From a virus: a stretch of 57,320 bases of DNA. This document shows, one piece after another, positions 24,709-33,427 of the stretch. The notes beneath the pieces were generated by a model that saw only the letters and a program-made list of their open reading frames with translations, was not told where the DNA came from and ran no database searches. The stretch covers positions 1-57,320 of IMG/VR virus record IMGVR_UViG_3300012165_000001. One strand, written 5' to 3'. A program made the position numbers and the translations under genes. Each line of letters starts with the position of its first letter. Position 1 is the first letter of the stretch.

Positions 24709-25386
24709 ATGTTGATTAAATGCCCAGAATGTGGAAGGGAAATAAGCGACCAGGCGAAAGCTTGCCCAAATTGTGGCGTTGGAATCAATAAACAGCCGCA
24801 ATCCCCGCAGCAAATGCCGCCCACATATCAGCCCCCGCCACCGCCCAAAAAACCGATGTCTGGTTGCTTGGTGTTTATTATTGTGATAGCCGCAGTTTTT
24901 ACAGGGATACTTGTAATTGGAGGGATAGCAAGCATATTCACGCCATCTAAGGAAGTGGAGCCAACTTCGGAATCGGTTGCTTTAGACGAATCTCAGCAGG
25001 AATATCTTCCATTTATTTTAGTGCAAACAAGGGCGCTGGGTAATGGCCTAACTACCTTAAGCGAACAGATTAAAATTATAGAGGAAGACCCATCAAAAAG
25101 ATTTGAGGTATTCTGGAGAATAGATATGTTAGAATGTATCGACAGAATTAATGTCTCGGCGGACGCGATTATCGAATATGATGCCACACAAGTCCCGGAT
25201 GAATTTATAGATATACACAATTCCCTTGTATCGTCGGCTCAAAGCTATAGGGCGGCGATGGAAATCATAGCTGATGGGGTAGACGGCGGTGATATGGAGC
25301 GCATAAATATGGCGACGGAATATTTGGAATCTGGAGCAAATTATATGGATCTGGCAACTGAAAAAATGAAAGATGCAACAACATAA
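24709..25386 (+). CDS. Zinc-ribbon / Pro-rich / single-TM membrane protein (moron)
   Basis: MLIKCPECGREISDQAKACPNCG, PPPPPKK, TM GCLVFIIVIAAVFTGILVIGGIA. Own promoter TTGCGT, 17 nt, TAGAAT, and own terminator. Confidence 0.65.
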   Translation: MLIKCPECGREISDQAKACPNCGVGINKQPQSPQQMPPTYQPPPPPKKPMSGCLVFIIVIAAVFTGILVIGGIASIFTPSKEVEPTSESVALDESQQEYLPFILVQTRALGNGLTTLSEQIKIIEEDPSKRFEVFWRIDMLECIDRINVSADAIIEYDATQVPDEFIDIHNSLVSSAQSYRAAMEIIADGVDGGDMERINMATEYLESGANYMDLATEKMKDATT

Positions 25387-25393
25387 CGTCGGG

Positions 25394-25420
25394 CCCGCCC
25401 TAGCCGGCGGGTTTTCTTTT
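25394..25420 (+). terminator. Intrinsic terminator of the moron gene
   Basis: CCCGCC-ctagcc-GGCGGG followed by TTTTCTTTT. Confidence 0.7.
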
Positions 25421-25452
25421 CGGAAATATTTTAACCGAGGCGGCCCCTATCT

Positions 25453-25662
25453 TCATAATATATCCAATTTGTCCATCATAGCCCGGATTGTGGCGAGCTC
25501 CTGTTTAACAAAAGAGTAGCTATACCCCGTCAGATCCGAGATATAGCCAACTGATTTATTCTCTATATAGCGCATGCGAAGCATTTTTGCTTGTTCATCC
25601 GAGACGGTATACTCATCCCTTAATTTGTCGGCAACAACTTCCTTCTCCCGCCGTGTCGTCAA
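25453..25662 (-). CDS. Small sigma-70 region-4-like HTH protein; TTG start uncertain
   Basis: MLRMRYIENKSVGYISDLTGYSYSFVKQEL resembles a region-4 HTH. Confidence 0.4.
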   Translation of the reverse strand: MTTRREKEVVADKLRDEYTVSDEQAKMLRMRYIENKSVGYISDLTGYSYSFVKQELATIRAMMDKLDIL

Positions 25663-25827
25663 GGGATTGAAGAAAAACCGGTTTACCTTTTTGCTTAATT
25701 CACTGATACCGCCTCACCTCATTTCGGCTTGATGTCGCGGTAGTATTGATATGTAGTAGTTTGAGTGTTGGATTCTGGGTTGTATTTGGCGCTTACGGAC
25801 TTGCCGCTGGAAACCTGATATCGGGCG

Positions 25828-26232
25828 TTATTGTCCTTGCGTGTCATCCGCCGGGTTATTTTCACTCTCGCCGCCATATGTTACATCACCACCGCCGCCA
25901 ACAGCCCAACTATTATTGTCAGATTGCACATCAACAGATGTCTGGAAATCGTATTGCGACAAAAATTCCTTAAACCGGACATCATTTTCGGTCGCCAGCC
26001 GCTCAATAGATTGCTGATGCCGGTTGTTGGAGTCCCACAAGGTCCATTGGAAGTAGGCGAAACTGGCGACAAGGGCAAGAATTAAAACCCATATGGTGAT
26101 ATCTTTCCGAAACTCCTTCTTATCCCGCGCGGCCTCCCGCTCTTTGTAATCACCAAGGGTATCCCGCAGCACCTCGTTCACGCCGCCCTGAACATCCCGG
26201 ATTTCCTGCATTATATTATCTAAATTTTCCAT
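25828..26232 (-). CDS. Single-TM protein downstream of the lysis genes
   Basis: TM ITIWVLILALVASFAYF. Confidence 0.45.
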   Translation of the reverse strand: MENLDNIMQEIRDVQGGVNEVLRDTLGDYKEREAARDKKEFRKDITIWVLILALVASFAYFQWTLWDSNNRHQQSIERLATENDVRFKEFLSQYDFQTSVDVQSDNNSWAVGGGGDVTYGGESENNPADDTQGQ

Positions 26233-26267
26233 TCTATCAGCCTCTTCCCGGTTTTGATGATATTATA

Positions 26268-26546
26268 TCACGCTTTATGTTCAAGCGACAATACTCTTTC
26301 CTCAATTCCTTGTATTCGGGTAAAGAGTGTCTTGAATTTTTCTTCTGATTGCCTGCTGGATATTTCCAGATTGTGATTTTGAGCCTTTACTTCTTCTATG
26401 CTATTGCAAACCTTATCAATTTTACGGCCCAGCTCATCTATCTTTTCGGCCATACGTCCTTGTGCCTCAGCATTTTGGATGCCATCCTTATTGCCGCTAC
26501 GAACAAAGGACAATATGCCTATAATACAGCCAATAATAGCAATCAA
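26268..26546 (-). CDS. TM plus coiled-coil protein downstream of the endolysin; start uncertain
   Basis: IAIIGCIIGILSF TM followed by heptad-like repeats. Confidence 0.45.
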   Translation of the reverse strand: MIAIIGCIIGILSFVRSGNKDGIQNAEAQGRMAEKIDELGRKIDKVCNSIEEVKAQNHNLEISSRQSEEKFKTLFTRIQGIEERVLSLEHKA

Positions 26547-26613
26547 GAGAGTTATTGTTGTTGAGTCAAATATGCCCTCACCACCTTATTTTACCATTAA
26601 TGCCGGGACTTGT

Positions 26614-27225
26614 CTACCCAATCACCGGAATAGATTTATCTCCATCGTTGATATATATATTCCCGTCGGTCGTGTACGTCTGCTTATCCGGCGCGCTGGT
26701 CTTGCAGTGCATCCACTCCAGGGGATTGGACATAGTCAGATCGTTGGCGCCGGAGCTGCGGCCTTTGAATTTACTGGTGTTGTTTTTAATGGACGGCGTA
26801 TAATGCGTGTTCACTGTGTCCTCGTCAACCTCCATGTGCAGGTGCGCGGCGGTAGCGTAGGTGCCCGTGCTGCCATAGAGGCCCATCTTGGTATCCTTGG
26901 TGATCGCCTGGCCCTTCTTGACGCTCACAGACGCGAAGTGATACATGCGCACAATGATGTCGGCATAGCGCTTCTGGACGTGGTTATATGCCTGCGGGTA
27001 CTTAACGACAATGTAATTTCCAAAACAGGTATCCGTCCCGGCATCCAAGATAATGCCGTCGCCCATGCCGTAGATCTGGTAGTTGGATCGCGTTTTGTCG
27101 GCGCAATCCATACCATAATGTTTTCCCACGCCGAGCTTTGCCAGATATTCAGCATTCTTATAGCTGGCCGTCACGCGCATATTATTTTGCGGCTGGATTA
27201 ATTTTTGCTGTGTTGCGTTGCCCAT
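26614..27225 (-). CDS. M23 (LytM-type) peptidase endolysin
   Basis: HxxxD in GKHYGMDC and HxH in AAHLHMEV; follows the holin; AAAGGAGG RBS. Confidence 0.75.
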   Translation of the reverse strand: MGNATQQKLIQPQNNMRVTASYKNAEYLAKLGVGKHYGMDCADKTRSNYQIYGMGDGIILDAGTDTCFGNYIVVKYPQAYNHVQKRYADIIVRMYHFASVSVKKGQAITKDTKMGLYGSTGTYATAAHLHMEVDEDTVNTHYTPSIKNNTSKFKGRSSGANDLTMSNPLEWMHCKTSAPDKQTYTTDGNIYINDGDKSIPVIG

Positions 27226-27228
27226 AGA

Positions 27229-27429
27229 TTAGTCCTCCTTTGTTTCCGGCAGCCCCGCCAACGACGTTACAATCGATAGCAACCCCGCAAGGACGGTCAC
27301 CGATGCCACCGTTGCCCAATCGACTTCGTTCATTACCGCTGTTGTGCCAACGGTTGCAATAAAAACTTGTGCCATTGTTTTTACGGCCCGGACTCCAGCC
27401 GCCTTTACCCATGTCTTAAAATTACTCAT
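27229..27429 (-). CDS. Holin (LL-H / phi-LC3-like small holin)
   Basis: 66 aa, WVKAAGVRAVKTMAQVFIATVG plus a second TM; AGGAGGAAG RBS. Confidence 0.65.
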   Translation of the reverse strand: MSNFKTWVKAAGVRAVKTMAQVFIATVGTTAVMNEVDWATVASVTVLAGLLSIVTSLAGLPETKED

Positions 27430-27474
27430 ATTGCGCTTCCTCCTAAATTAAAATAACCGACCCAAAAGGCGATT

Positions 27475-27621
27475 TTATATCATAGATTCATCCAGCGCCG
27501 CCGTCAGCTCGGCGTACTGCCCGTCGGTCAGCTTGCCCACCGCGAAAAACACGTCGATTTTCTCGGCAAGCCCGTCTATGCGCCCCAGCGCGATGAGCTG
27601 CTTGATTGTGTTGTACAGCAC
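27475..27621 (-). CDS. XkdX-like small tail-associated protein (GTG start), not in the ORF track
   Basis: VLYNTIKQLIALGRIDGLAEKIDVFFAVGKLTDGQYAELTAALDESMI. The G.LT..QY.EL motif and the position after the XkdW-like gene fit. Confidence 0.45.
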   Translation of the reverse strand: MLYNTIKQLIALGRIDGLAEKIDVFFAVGKLTDGQYAELTAALDESMI

Positions 27622-27924
27622 CTATACCACCCCCAATTCCAGCAAGATTAACCGGTACTCCTGGTCCACGAGGATTTCGGCCATGTCTGAAACCGTTGCC
27701 GCCAACTGTTGCTGCATCTGAATAGTGATATCCTCCGGCATGCTTACCTCTTGGCCATCCCGGTAAAATCGTCCATCCGAATAAATATCTCCGATTGCAA
27801 CGGGCAAATCATCAACCGATACTGCCAGTAGGCTCATATTTGTTGCCATAGTTTGCGCTATTGAAAGACTTTCAAATTCCGCGATGTTATCCACTGTTCC
27901 ATTTTTAATAAGTGCGATTTTCAT
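27622..27924 (-). CDS. XkdW-like protein (start moved to the ATG at 27924)
   Basis: MKIALIKNGTVDNIAEF N-terminus; position after the tail fibre. Confidence 0.5.
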   Translation of the reverse strand: MKIALIKNGTVDNIAEFESLSIAQTMATNMSLLAVSVDDLPVAIGDIYSDGRFYRDGQEVSMPEDITIQMQQQLAATVSDMAEILVDQEYRLILLELGVV

Positions 27925-29423
27925 TCTGACCAGTCCCCCCATCTGATAATTACAATTCCGCTGCCACCAGCCCCACTGCTTCCGGTATTAGTGGCGGGAG
28001 TATCGTAATATCCACCACTGCCACCTCCACCGCCGCCAGTATTGGCCGTTCCAGCGGTTCCATTTCTACCACTAGTTCCGGCAGTGCCTGCCGTGCCCTG
28101 TCCACGTCCTCCACGTCCACCGCCGCCGCTCCCACCGACGCCACCTGCGGTATAGGTGCCGCTAAAGGCATTCCCGCCTCCACCGCCGCCTCCACCGGCA
28201 AACTGCATGGATGCAAATGGCGCCACATCGCCCAAGAACGGACGAGTGGATATACCTTGACCGGCGCCTCCAGCACTGTTTGTAGTGCTGTTTCCACTTC
28301 CTCCATTCGTCCCGCCAGCGCCTCCAGAATCCTGCGTGACACCAAAGCTTCGCCCAGCCGCTCCACCACCACTTCCCCCACTAACGCCAGTGGGAACATT
28401 ATTGGTGGTAGCGGTTGGACCATTTCTTGAATGAACGCCAAATACAGTAGCCCCACCAGCAGATGAGCTTCCATTTCCGCTAGTGACTGCCGACCCGCCC
28501 GATCCAATCACTACCGCAATTTCACTTTCAGATATTATGGATTCACCATAATAATTTTCCGTATATGCGCCTGCGCCACCGCCGCCGCCATAAGCACCAG
28601 AATCGGTGCTATAGTAATATCTCTTTCCACTTCCTCCGCCGCTGACTAAGAACACATCTATCTCTGCGTCCATATCAGATGTCAATGTGCCAGAGGATAA
28701 AAGTGACATGTAAAAACGCTCAGCCCCCGTGGTTGGGTGGATACTCTCTGCCAGTATGGAGGTACCGGTATAGGTGAATGTGGGGATCCCCTTAGGCGTT
28801 GCGCTCACTCGATTTGCTATATTGCGGTTCATTGCGCCAGTATCGCTATAGGGAAACGATTGATAATAGTATGTGATTCCATTTATAAGATCGCCGTCAA
28901 TTAACCCTGTGGATTGGTATTGATTGCGAATTTGGCTGTCCACGACTAACGTACCATCATTCTCATCAATTGGATACGAATCTGGCTTCCTGACAATTAG
29001 GGTTCCGGCCCAATTTACAATGGGCAATGTTCCATCCGGGGGATCGCCCCACGTTAATGTCACCTGAGCATTGTCGGGAACCGCCATAAAATCAGTAACG
29101 TCACCTGGCGGAGATATGGCGGAAAATGTATTCATCACATATGCGGTTGTTGCTATCTGGGATGTGTTGGTGCCTGTGGGCGGTGTGGGCGCGGCTGGAA
29201 TTCCAGTCAGCAATGGGGAAGCAACCGGCGCCTTTAATTCATTGAGAATTCTGCCCTGATTTGCGGATAACGCCGATTCAGCGGATACGCTTGTAAGATT
29301 ATCCACAATCGATACAGCGGAAAGATTTTCGTCGATAATATCTATGTTGTCATTAAAATCGTCCACATTATAGACGTCACCTTGCGCGGGCTTTTTGAGA
29401 TTGAAATTGGGCGTATATTCCAT
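27921..29423 (-). CDS. Tail fibre with an FN3-like segment and a long Gly-rich C-terminal domain
   Basis: N-terminus YTPNFNLKKPAQGDVYNVDDFNDNIDIIDENL; VTLTWGDPPDG; about 200 aa of GGxGG repeats. Confidence 0.75.
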   Translation of the reverse strand: MEYTPNFNLKKPAQGDVYNVDDFNDNIDIIDENLSAVSIVDNLTSVSAESALSANQGRILNELKAPVASPLLTGIPAAPTPPTGTNTSQIATTAYVMNTFSAISPPGDVTDFMAVPDNAQVTLTWGDPPDGTLPIVNWAGTLIVRKPDSYPIDENDGTLVVDSQIRNQYQSTGLIDGDLINGITYYYQSFPYSDTGAMNRNIANRVSATPKGIPTFTYTGTSILAESIHPTTGAERFYMSLLSSGTLTSDMDAEIDVFLVSGGGSGKRYYYSTDSGAYGGGGGAGAYTENYYGESIISESEIAVVIGSGGSAVTSGNGSSSAGGATVFGVHSRNGPTATTNNVPTGVSGGSGGGAAGRSFGVTQDSGGAGGTNGGSGNSTTNSAGGAGQGISTRPFLGDVAPFASMQFAGGGGGGGGNAFSGTYTAGGVGGSGGGGRGGRGQGTAGTAGTSGRNGTAGTANTGGGGGGSGGYYDTPATNTGSSGAGGSGIVIIRWGDWSE

Positions 29424-29959
29424 TATCCTAGCGGCTCCTCTCTTATTTGGGCATGGGTAAATTGAGATAAATATTCGTGAGTGTAATCTGACAATGATTG
29501 GTGTTGATTGTATCGGATATTCAGATTGTAGATTAAATTGGCGGGCAATATTTTTTCAAGAGTCAACTCCATTTCGTGAACCCAATTCTTCCCGTGCCGC
29601 AAACTATTAATGCTCAACCGATAATTGCGATAATCCAATTCATAAGACCAGTTTCCCGCGCCCATGATGTTGTTCATTATTTCCTGCAAGGTTCTCTCTG
29701 TATACGGCACATTGCTTGCCAGCCGGTTCAGGATGCGCCCCCGCCGAAATCCTATGTTTTCCGTAGTTGGATCGGCGACAATTCCCAGGATGATTTCCCA
29801 CCTTAATACACCTGCCGGTGTTGCAATCTTCGGAAACGCATCATAGAAATGGTTACGAGTCCTTTCGGACCGCTCGTCAAACTCCGGCTGCACGGCCTCG
29901 ATGATTGCATCCATTTCCAGATTGTCTTGGTAGATTCCATTAACAAAATCCCTAAGCAT
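29423..29959 (-). CDS. XkdU-like baseplate/tail protein (DUF2313-type)
   Basis: Size and position after baseplate J. Confidence 0.55.
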   Translation of the reverse strand: MLRDFVNGIYQDNLEMDAIIEAVQPEFDERSERTRNHFYDAFPKIATPAGVLRWEIILGIVADPTTENIGFRRGRILNRLASNVPYTERTLQEIMNNIMGAGNWSYELDYRNYRLSINSLRHGKNWVHEMELTLEKILPANLIYNLNIRYNQHQSLSDYTHEYLSQFTHAQIREEPLG

Positions 29960-31049
29960 TTGTGAGCGTCACCTCTCCCCGCATCGGCAACTGCTGTAGG
30001 CTGGATGTTTGCGTCAGCGCCAAATCATACGCCATCCCGTTTATAGTGATATCTGTGACGTTGCTTACGCCCCCCACGCCAATAATCGCGGCGTTTATCC
30101 GGGCAATAAAAACAGATATAGTGCCCGCGTCCGCCCACTCCCGCCGAAGCTCCAGCAGGTATGCGTCGATGACATTTTCAATGCTTGCTTGCAACTGTGT
30201 AATTGTGTATCCGGTTTTTAGGGTTAACGCGGCAGATATGTCGATACCTATCGGAATAGGCGTCGTAACCGTTACCCTGTGGCCGATGGGGGCAATGCCC
30301 AGCCCTTCACCATTGTGGGGGATGGGATCTATCTTTTCCTGTACGACGGCGATAAAATCAACCGTGGCAGGGTTGTATTCGCTGTCGATAATGGAGAGCA
30401 TTACAGTGCCACCGCCATCCCACACGGGGAAGACCTTCACATCCCCCACGCCGGATATGGCTCTGGTGAATTGCTTGTAGTCCGCGACGTTGCCGCCATA
30501 TGCTTTTTGGTTGATGCGCTCAAGCACCCTTCCCCGCAAATGCTCATCCGTTTCTTCGTCCTCCGCCGGTATATACGTGCCGATCATAGTGGCTACGCCC
30601 AGATTGTTAATGACGAATAAGGGGAACAGCGCCCCTAAATAAGCATTCCCCGCCGTTCCCACTGTCTCGCATTGCAATAAACATTGTCCAGCCTCAAGAT
30701 TTTCTGTTAACGCAAAGTTAAGCCCGCCTGCCGTGTTGGGCGTCGAGAATCGGCTGCCTACCGGCAAGTCAATGGGGTTACCATCTGTGTCAATCATTTC
30801 CCCGATTCGAATAGCATGAGTGGCGACGGTTCGGACGATTCCATAATCAGCAGCGCGGTTGTCAAGGTTGATTCCGGTGGCCGTGAGCAGATAGGTTTGC
30901 TCGGAAAAGATATCGATGTTGATGTTCATTTGCGCCAGCTCCGCCGCCGTAGGGGAAAGCGTATCCCATATGATGCTGCCTTGGCGTTTATCCCTCGCCG
31001 CAGATATCCGGTCAAGCATCCGATTGAGTATGCTTTGAAATGTTGCCAT
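29952..31049 (-). CDS. Baseplate J-like protein (XkdT-like)
   Basis: 365 aa; synteny within the Xkd-type baseplate block. Confidence 0.7.
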   Translation of the reverse strand: MATFQSILNRMLDRISAARDKRQGSIIWDTLSPTAAELAQMNINIDIFSEQTYLLTATGINLDNRAADYGIVRTVATHAIRIGEMIDTDGNPIDLPVGSRFSTPNTAGGLNFALTENLEAGQCLLQCETVGTAGNAYLGALFPLFVINNLGVATMIGTYIPAEDEETDEHLRGRVLERINQKAYGGNVADYKQFTRAISGVGDVKVFPVWDGGGTVMLSIIDSEYNPATVDFIAVVQEKIDPIPHNGEGLGIAPIGHRVTVTTPIPIGIDISAALTLKTGYTITQLQASIENVIDAYLLELRREWADAGTISVFIARINAAIIGVGGVSNVTDITINGMAYDLALTQTSSLQQLPMRGEVTLTNA

Positions 31050-31066
31050 TATTTATCGCCTCCCAC

Positions 31067-31465
31067 CTATAAACTGACATTGACTTCTGCGCCAAAGGTT
31101 CCCCGGCTACAGGTTACTGTAAATTCCACAAGTGCGCTGTCTGTCTTAATTTTTTCGATGTTTGTCACTGTGACGTCGATAATTCGGTCGTCCTGCAAAA
31201 GGGCATCCCTCAAAGTATTTTGTATCGAAGCCTCTAGGTAACCAAAACTGCGCCCGATATATTTCTCCAACTCCACGCCGTAATTGTCGTCGTAAATCGC
31301 ATAGGCGTAGCGCTCGGTAGACAGGATGTGATACACCGCCTGCTGCACCGCTTCTATGCCATCCGTGTTGCCTATGATTTGACCGTCGGCCAGCCGGTAT
31401 GTAAAGGACGGGAATGGGATAATTTCTATTTGTTCAATTATGGCGCCGCTGATTTGTGGTATCAT
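31067..31465 (-). CDS. XkdS-like baseplate protein (DUF2634-type)
   Basis: FPSFTYRL..G.I.G..DG.EAVQQAVYHILSTERYAY pattern. Confidence 0.6.
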   Translation of the reverse strand: MIPQISGAIIEQIEIIPFPSFTYRLADGQIIGNTDGIEAVQQAVYHILSTERYAYAIYDDNYGVELEKYIGRSFGYLEASIQNTLRDALLQDDRIIDVTVTNIEKIKTDSALVEFTVTCSRGTFGAEVNVSL

Positions 31466-31812
31466 ATAGGAAATTCAATCCTTTCCACAAAGAATTTCTG
31501 ATCTCCATCAAAGGATAGCAATATTACCCTCTCTCCTATGGAAAGTCCGGGCCAAATAAGCAACGTTTCCAATTCTGTGCTCGATGTTCCGGCTGGGGTT
31601 TCATGAAAATGGATGGCCGTGGATATCGAAAATGGTTTACATATCCTTGACAATACCAAAAACCCCTCCGTGAGCGGCGCCCTGCTATCTTCTCCTTCAC
31701 GAGTAATTATCAGTGGGTTGACGCTTGTCACAGTGCCATAGGATAGCCCTGAGACAGTATCTCTCCCCGCTCCAGCCATTGTATTTAAGAGCCTATTGAC
31801 GCCATTTGTCAT
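31462..31812 (-). CDS. XkdR-like protein (DUF2577-type); start moved to the ATG at 31812
   Basis: GGAGG RBS; synteny. Confidence 0.5.
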   Translation of the reverse strand: MTNGVNRLLNTMAGAGRDTVSGLSYGTVTSVNPLIITREGEDSRAPLTEGFLVLSRICKPFSISTAIHFHETPAGTSSTELETLLIWPGLSIGERVILLSFDGDQKFFVERIEFPI

Positions 31813-32777
31813 ATGAATACCTCCGACTGCATGGTATGAAAGTCTTTTTCGTATGTGTGGGTTGCGGATGTGATCCACATGGCCTGGTTGATTCCCAGCT
31901 TTTCAAGTTGGAAGGTAAACCCGCTTCCGGCGACCAATTCCGGCCTGCCAAGGGCGGTCAGCTTCATTGTCTTGGTTTCCCGGTTGTAGAGCTTCATATA
32001 ATTATTCGCCAATTCCCTTATCTGAGCCTCATTCTGCTCTTCCTTGGCCTGCACGACTGTTTGAAGCTTGCCCCATTGTTTTTGCGTGGTACTGTCAAAT
32101 TCTATCCATACTTCTCTCTTTCCCGTTTTCTCATTGTCCCGGTAAACCTTAACGCTGTTGTATGTATTTTTGTCAATGGAGATTTCATATTGATAGCTGG
32201 TCAGCAGGGATTCATCGCCGATAATGAGATTTGTTTTCTCTTGGCCCAATTCGGTAAATTGCAATACGCCAAATTTGTCTTTGACAAAATATTGCTTCTT
32301 CTCATTGACGTTGGCATATTGGATTCCATAATTGATGGTCTCATACAGCGTCTTCCCGGCGTGGTTGTATTCGGGGGCGATAAAGGTAGATGGAGTTATG
32401 ACTTTATATTGCGATGCCTGGAAATTATCCTTGCATACCCTTCCGAATACCGCGCTGGCCGTCTCATTGCTGGTTATGTAGGTTTCTTTGTTCTTCAAAT
32501 AGCGCATCTGGTCATAGGCCGTGATTTTGTATACTCCCGTCGCATCGGTCCCCATCGTGAATATGTAGCCGTAGAAAATGCCCACATCATCGACCGAAAA
32601 GCGAAGAATGCTCCCACAAACCAATTCCAATATGCCATTGGGATCCTGCTGCAATGAGACGGTCAGTTTTCCCGGCTGTCCATCAAGCGTGGTTTGGTGG
32701 GAAATCGTCCCGGCCAGGGTCACGACATCGTATATTGTCCCGGTAAGACTATTCTGGCATTCAAGTTTATAGATCAT
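31809..32777 (-). CDS. XkdQ-like / late-control-D-like tail hub protein (start at 32777)
   Basis: ATGA overlap with the LysM gene; size and synteny. Confidence 0.6.
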   Translation of the reverse strand: MIYKLECQNSLTGTIYDVVTLAGTISHQTTLDGQPGKLTVSLQQDPNGILELVCGSILRFSVDDVGIFYGYIFTMGTDATGVYKITAYDQMRYLKNKETYITSNETASAVFGRVCKDNFQASQYKVITPSTFIAPEYNHAGKTLYETINYGIQYANVNEKKQYFVKDKFGVLQFTELGQEKTNLIIGDESLLTSYQYEISIDKNTYNSVKVYRDNEKTGKREVWIEFDSTTQKQWGKLQTVVQAKEEQNEAQIRELANNYMKLYNRETKTMKLTALGRPELVAGSGFTFQLEKLGINQAMWITSATHTYEKDFHTMQSEVFI

Positions 32778-33406
32778 GACGTCACCCACGATGCCGGAAT
32801 TGTATAGACCTGGCCGGCATAAATGAGGTCCGGGTTGCCTCCAATCACGGCCTTATTTGCGTTGTACAATTCGCGCCAATTCGCGCCGCCCTGGTTGGAC
32901 AGCCTCTTGGATATTGCCCAAAGGCTGTCCCCGGCCTTGACGGTGTATGTCTGGCCGACGGCGGGCTTATTGTCTGTCCTGGCCTTTGCCGCAGGCGTGG
33001 CCGCCGTTGGTGTTGTCAGCTCGATAATCCTTGCGCCGTATGGACGGTATTCGGTAAAGGATAAATCGTAATAAATCCGTCCCTCCTCTCCCGCTCGCCG
33101 GTCGCTATCGAAGCTTTCAATCACGGTCTGCATGTCAATCCCCAGCCCGCTTGCGGTAAACTGGGCCGGGGTTTTGCTGTCCATCCATTTCTTAAAAAAT
33201 GTAGTATATGTTAGCCTGTCTTCGGGGGGAAAGAAACTGGATATATCAAAAGAGGAAAGCCCCGGCTCTCCCGGAACGACGATTTCGCCGAGGCTCACGA
33301 TATTCACCTTTTCATTATTTCCCGGAATGCCGATTTTGATATGTTCTGGGTTCACAGGCAGCGTGATTGAATTCCTATTGCGCTCAAAAATTAAATCAAC
33401 GGTCAT
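32774..33406 (-). CDS. LysM-domain tail protein (XkdP-like)
   Basis: YTVKAGDSLWAISKRL...NPDLIYAGQVYTIP LysM motif. Confidence 0.75.
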   Translation of the reverse strand: MTVDLIFERNRNSITLPVNPEHIKIGIPGNNEKVNIVSLGEIVVPGEPGLSSFDISSFFPPEDRLTYTTFFKKWMDSKTPAQFTASGLGIDMQTVIESFDSDRRAGEEGRIYYDLSFTEYRPYGARIIELTTPTAATPAAKARTDNKPAVGQTYTVKAGDSLWAISKRLSNQGGANWRELYNANKAVIGGNPDLIYAGQVYTIPASWVTS

Positions 33407-33427
33407 CTAAGCACCTCGATTCTTGAA

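Noticed and set aside
27950-28507. 185-aa alternative-frame ORF inside the tail fibre gene
   Set aside because: It is generated by the GGN-repeat DNA of the Gly-rich domain. It has no start context and is on the same strand as the real gene.
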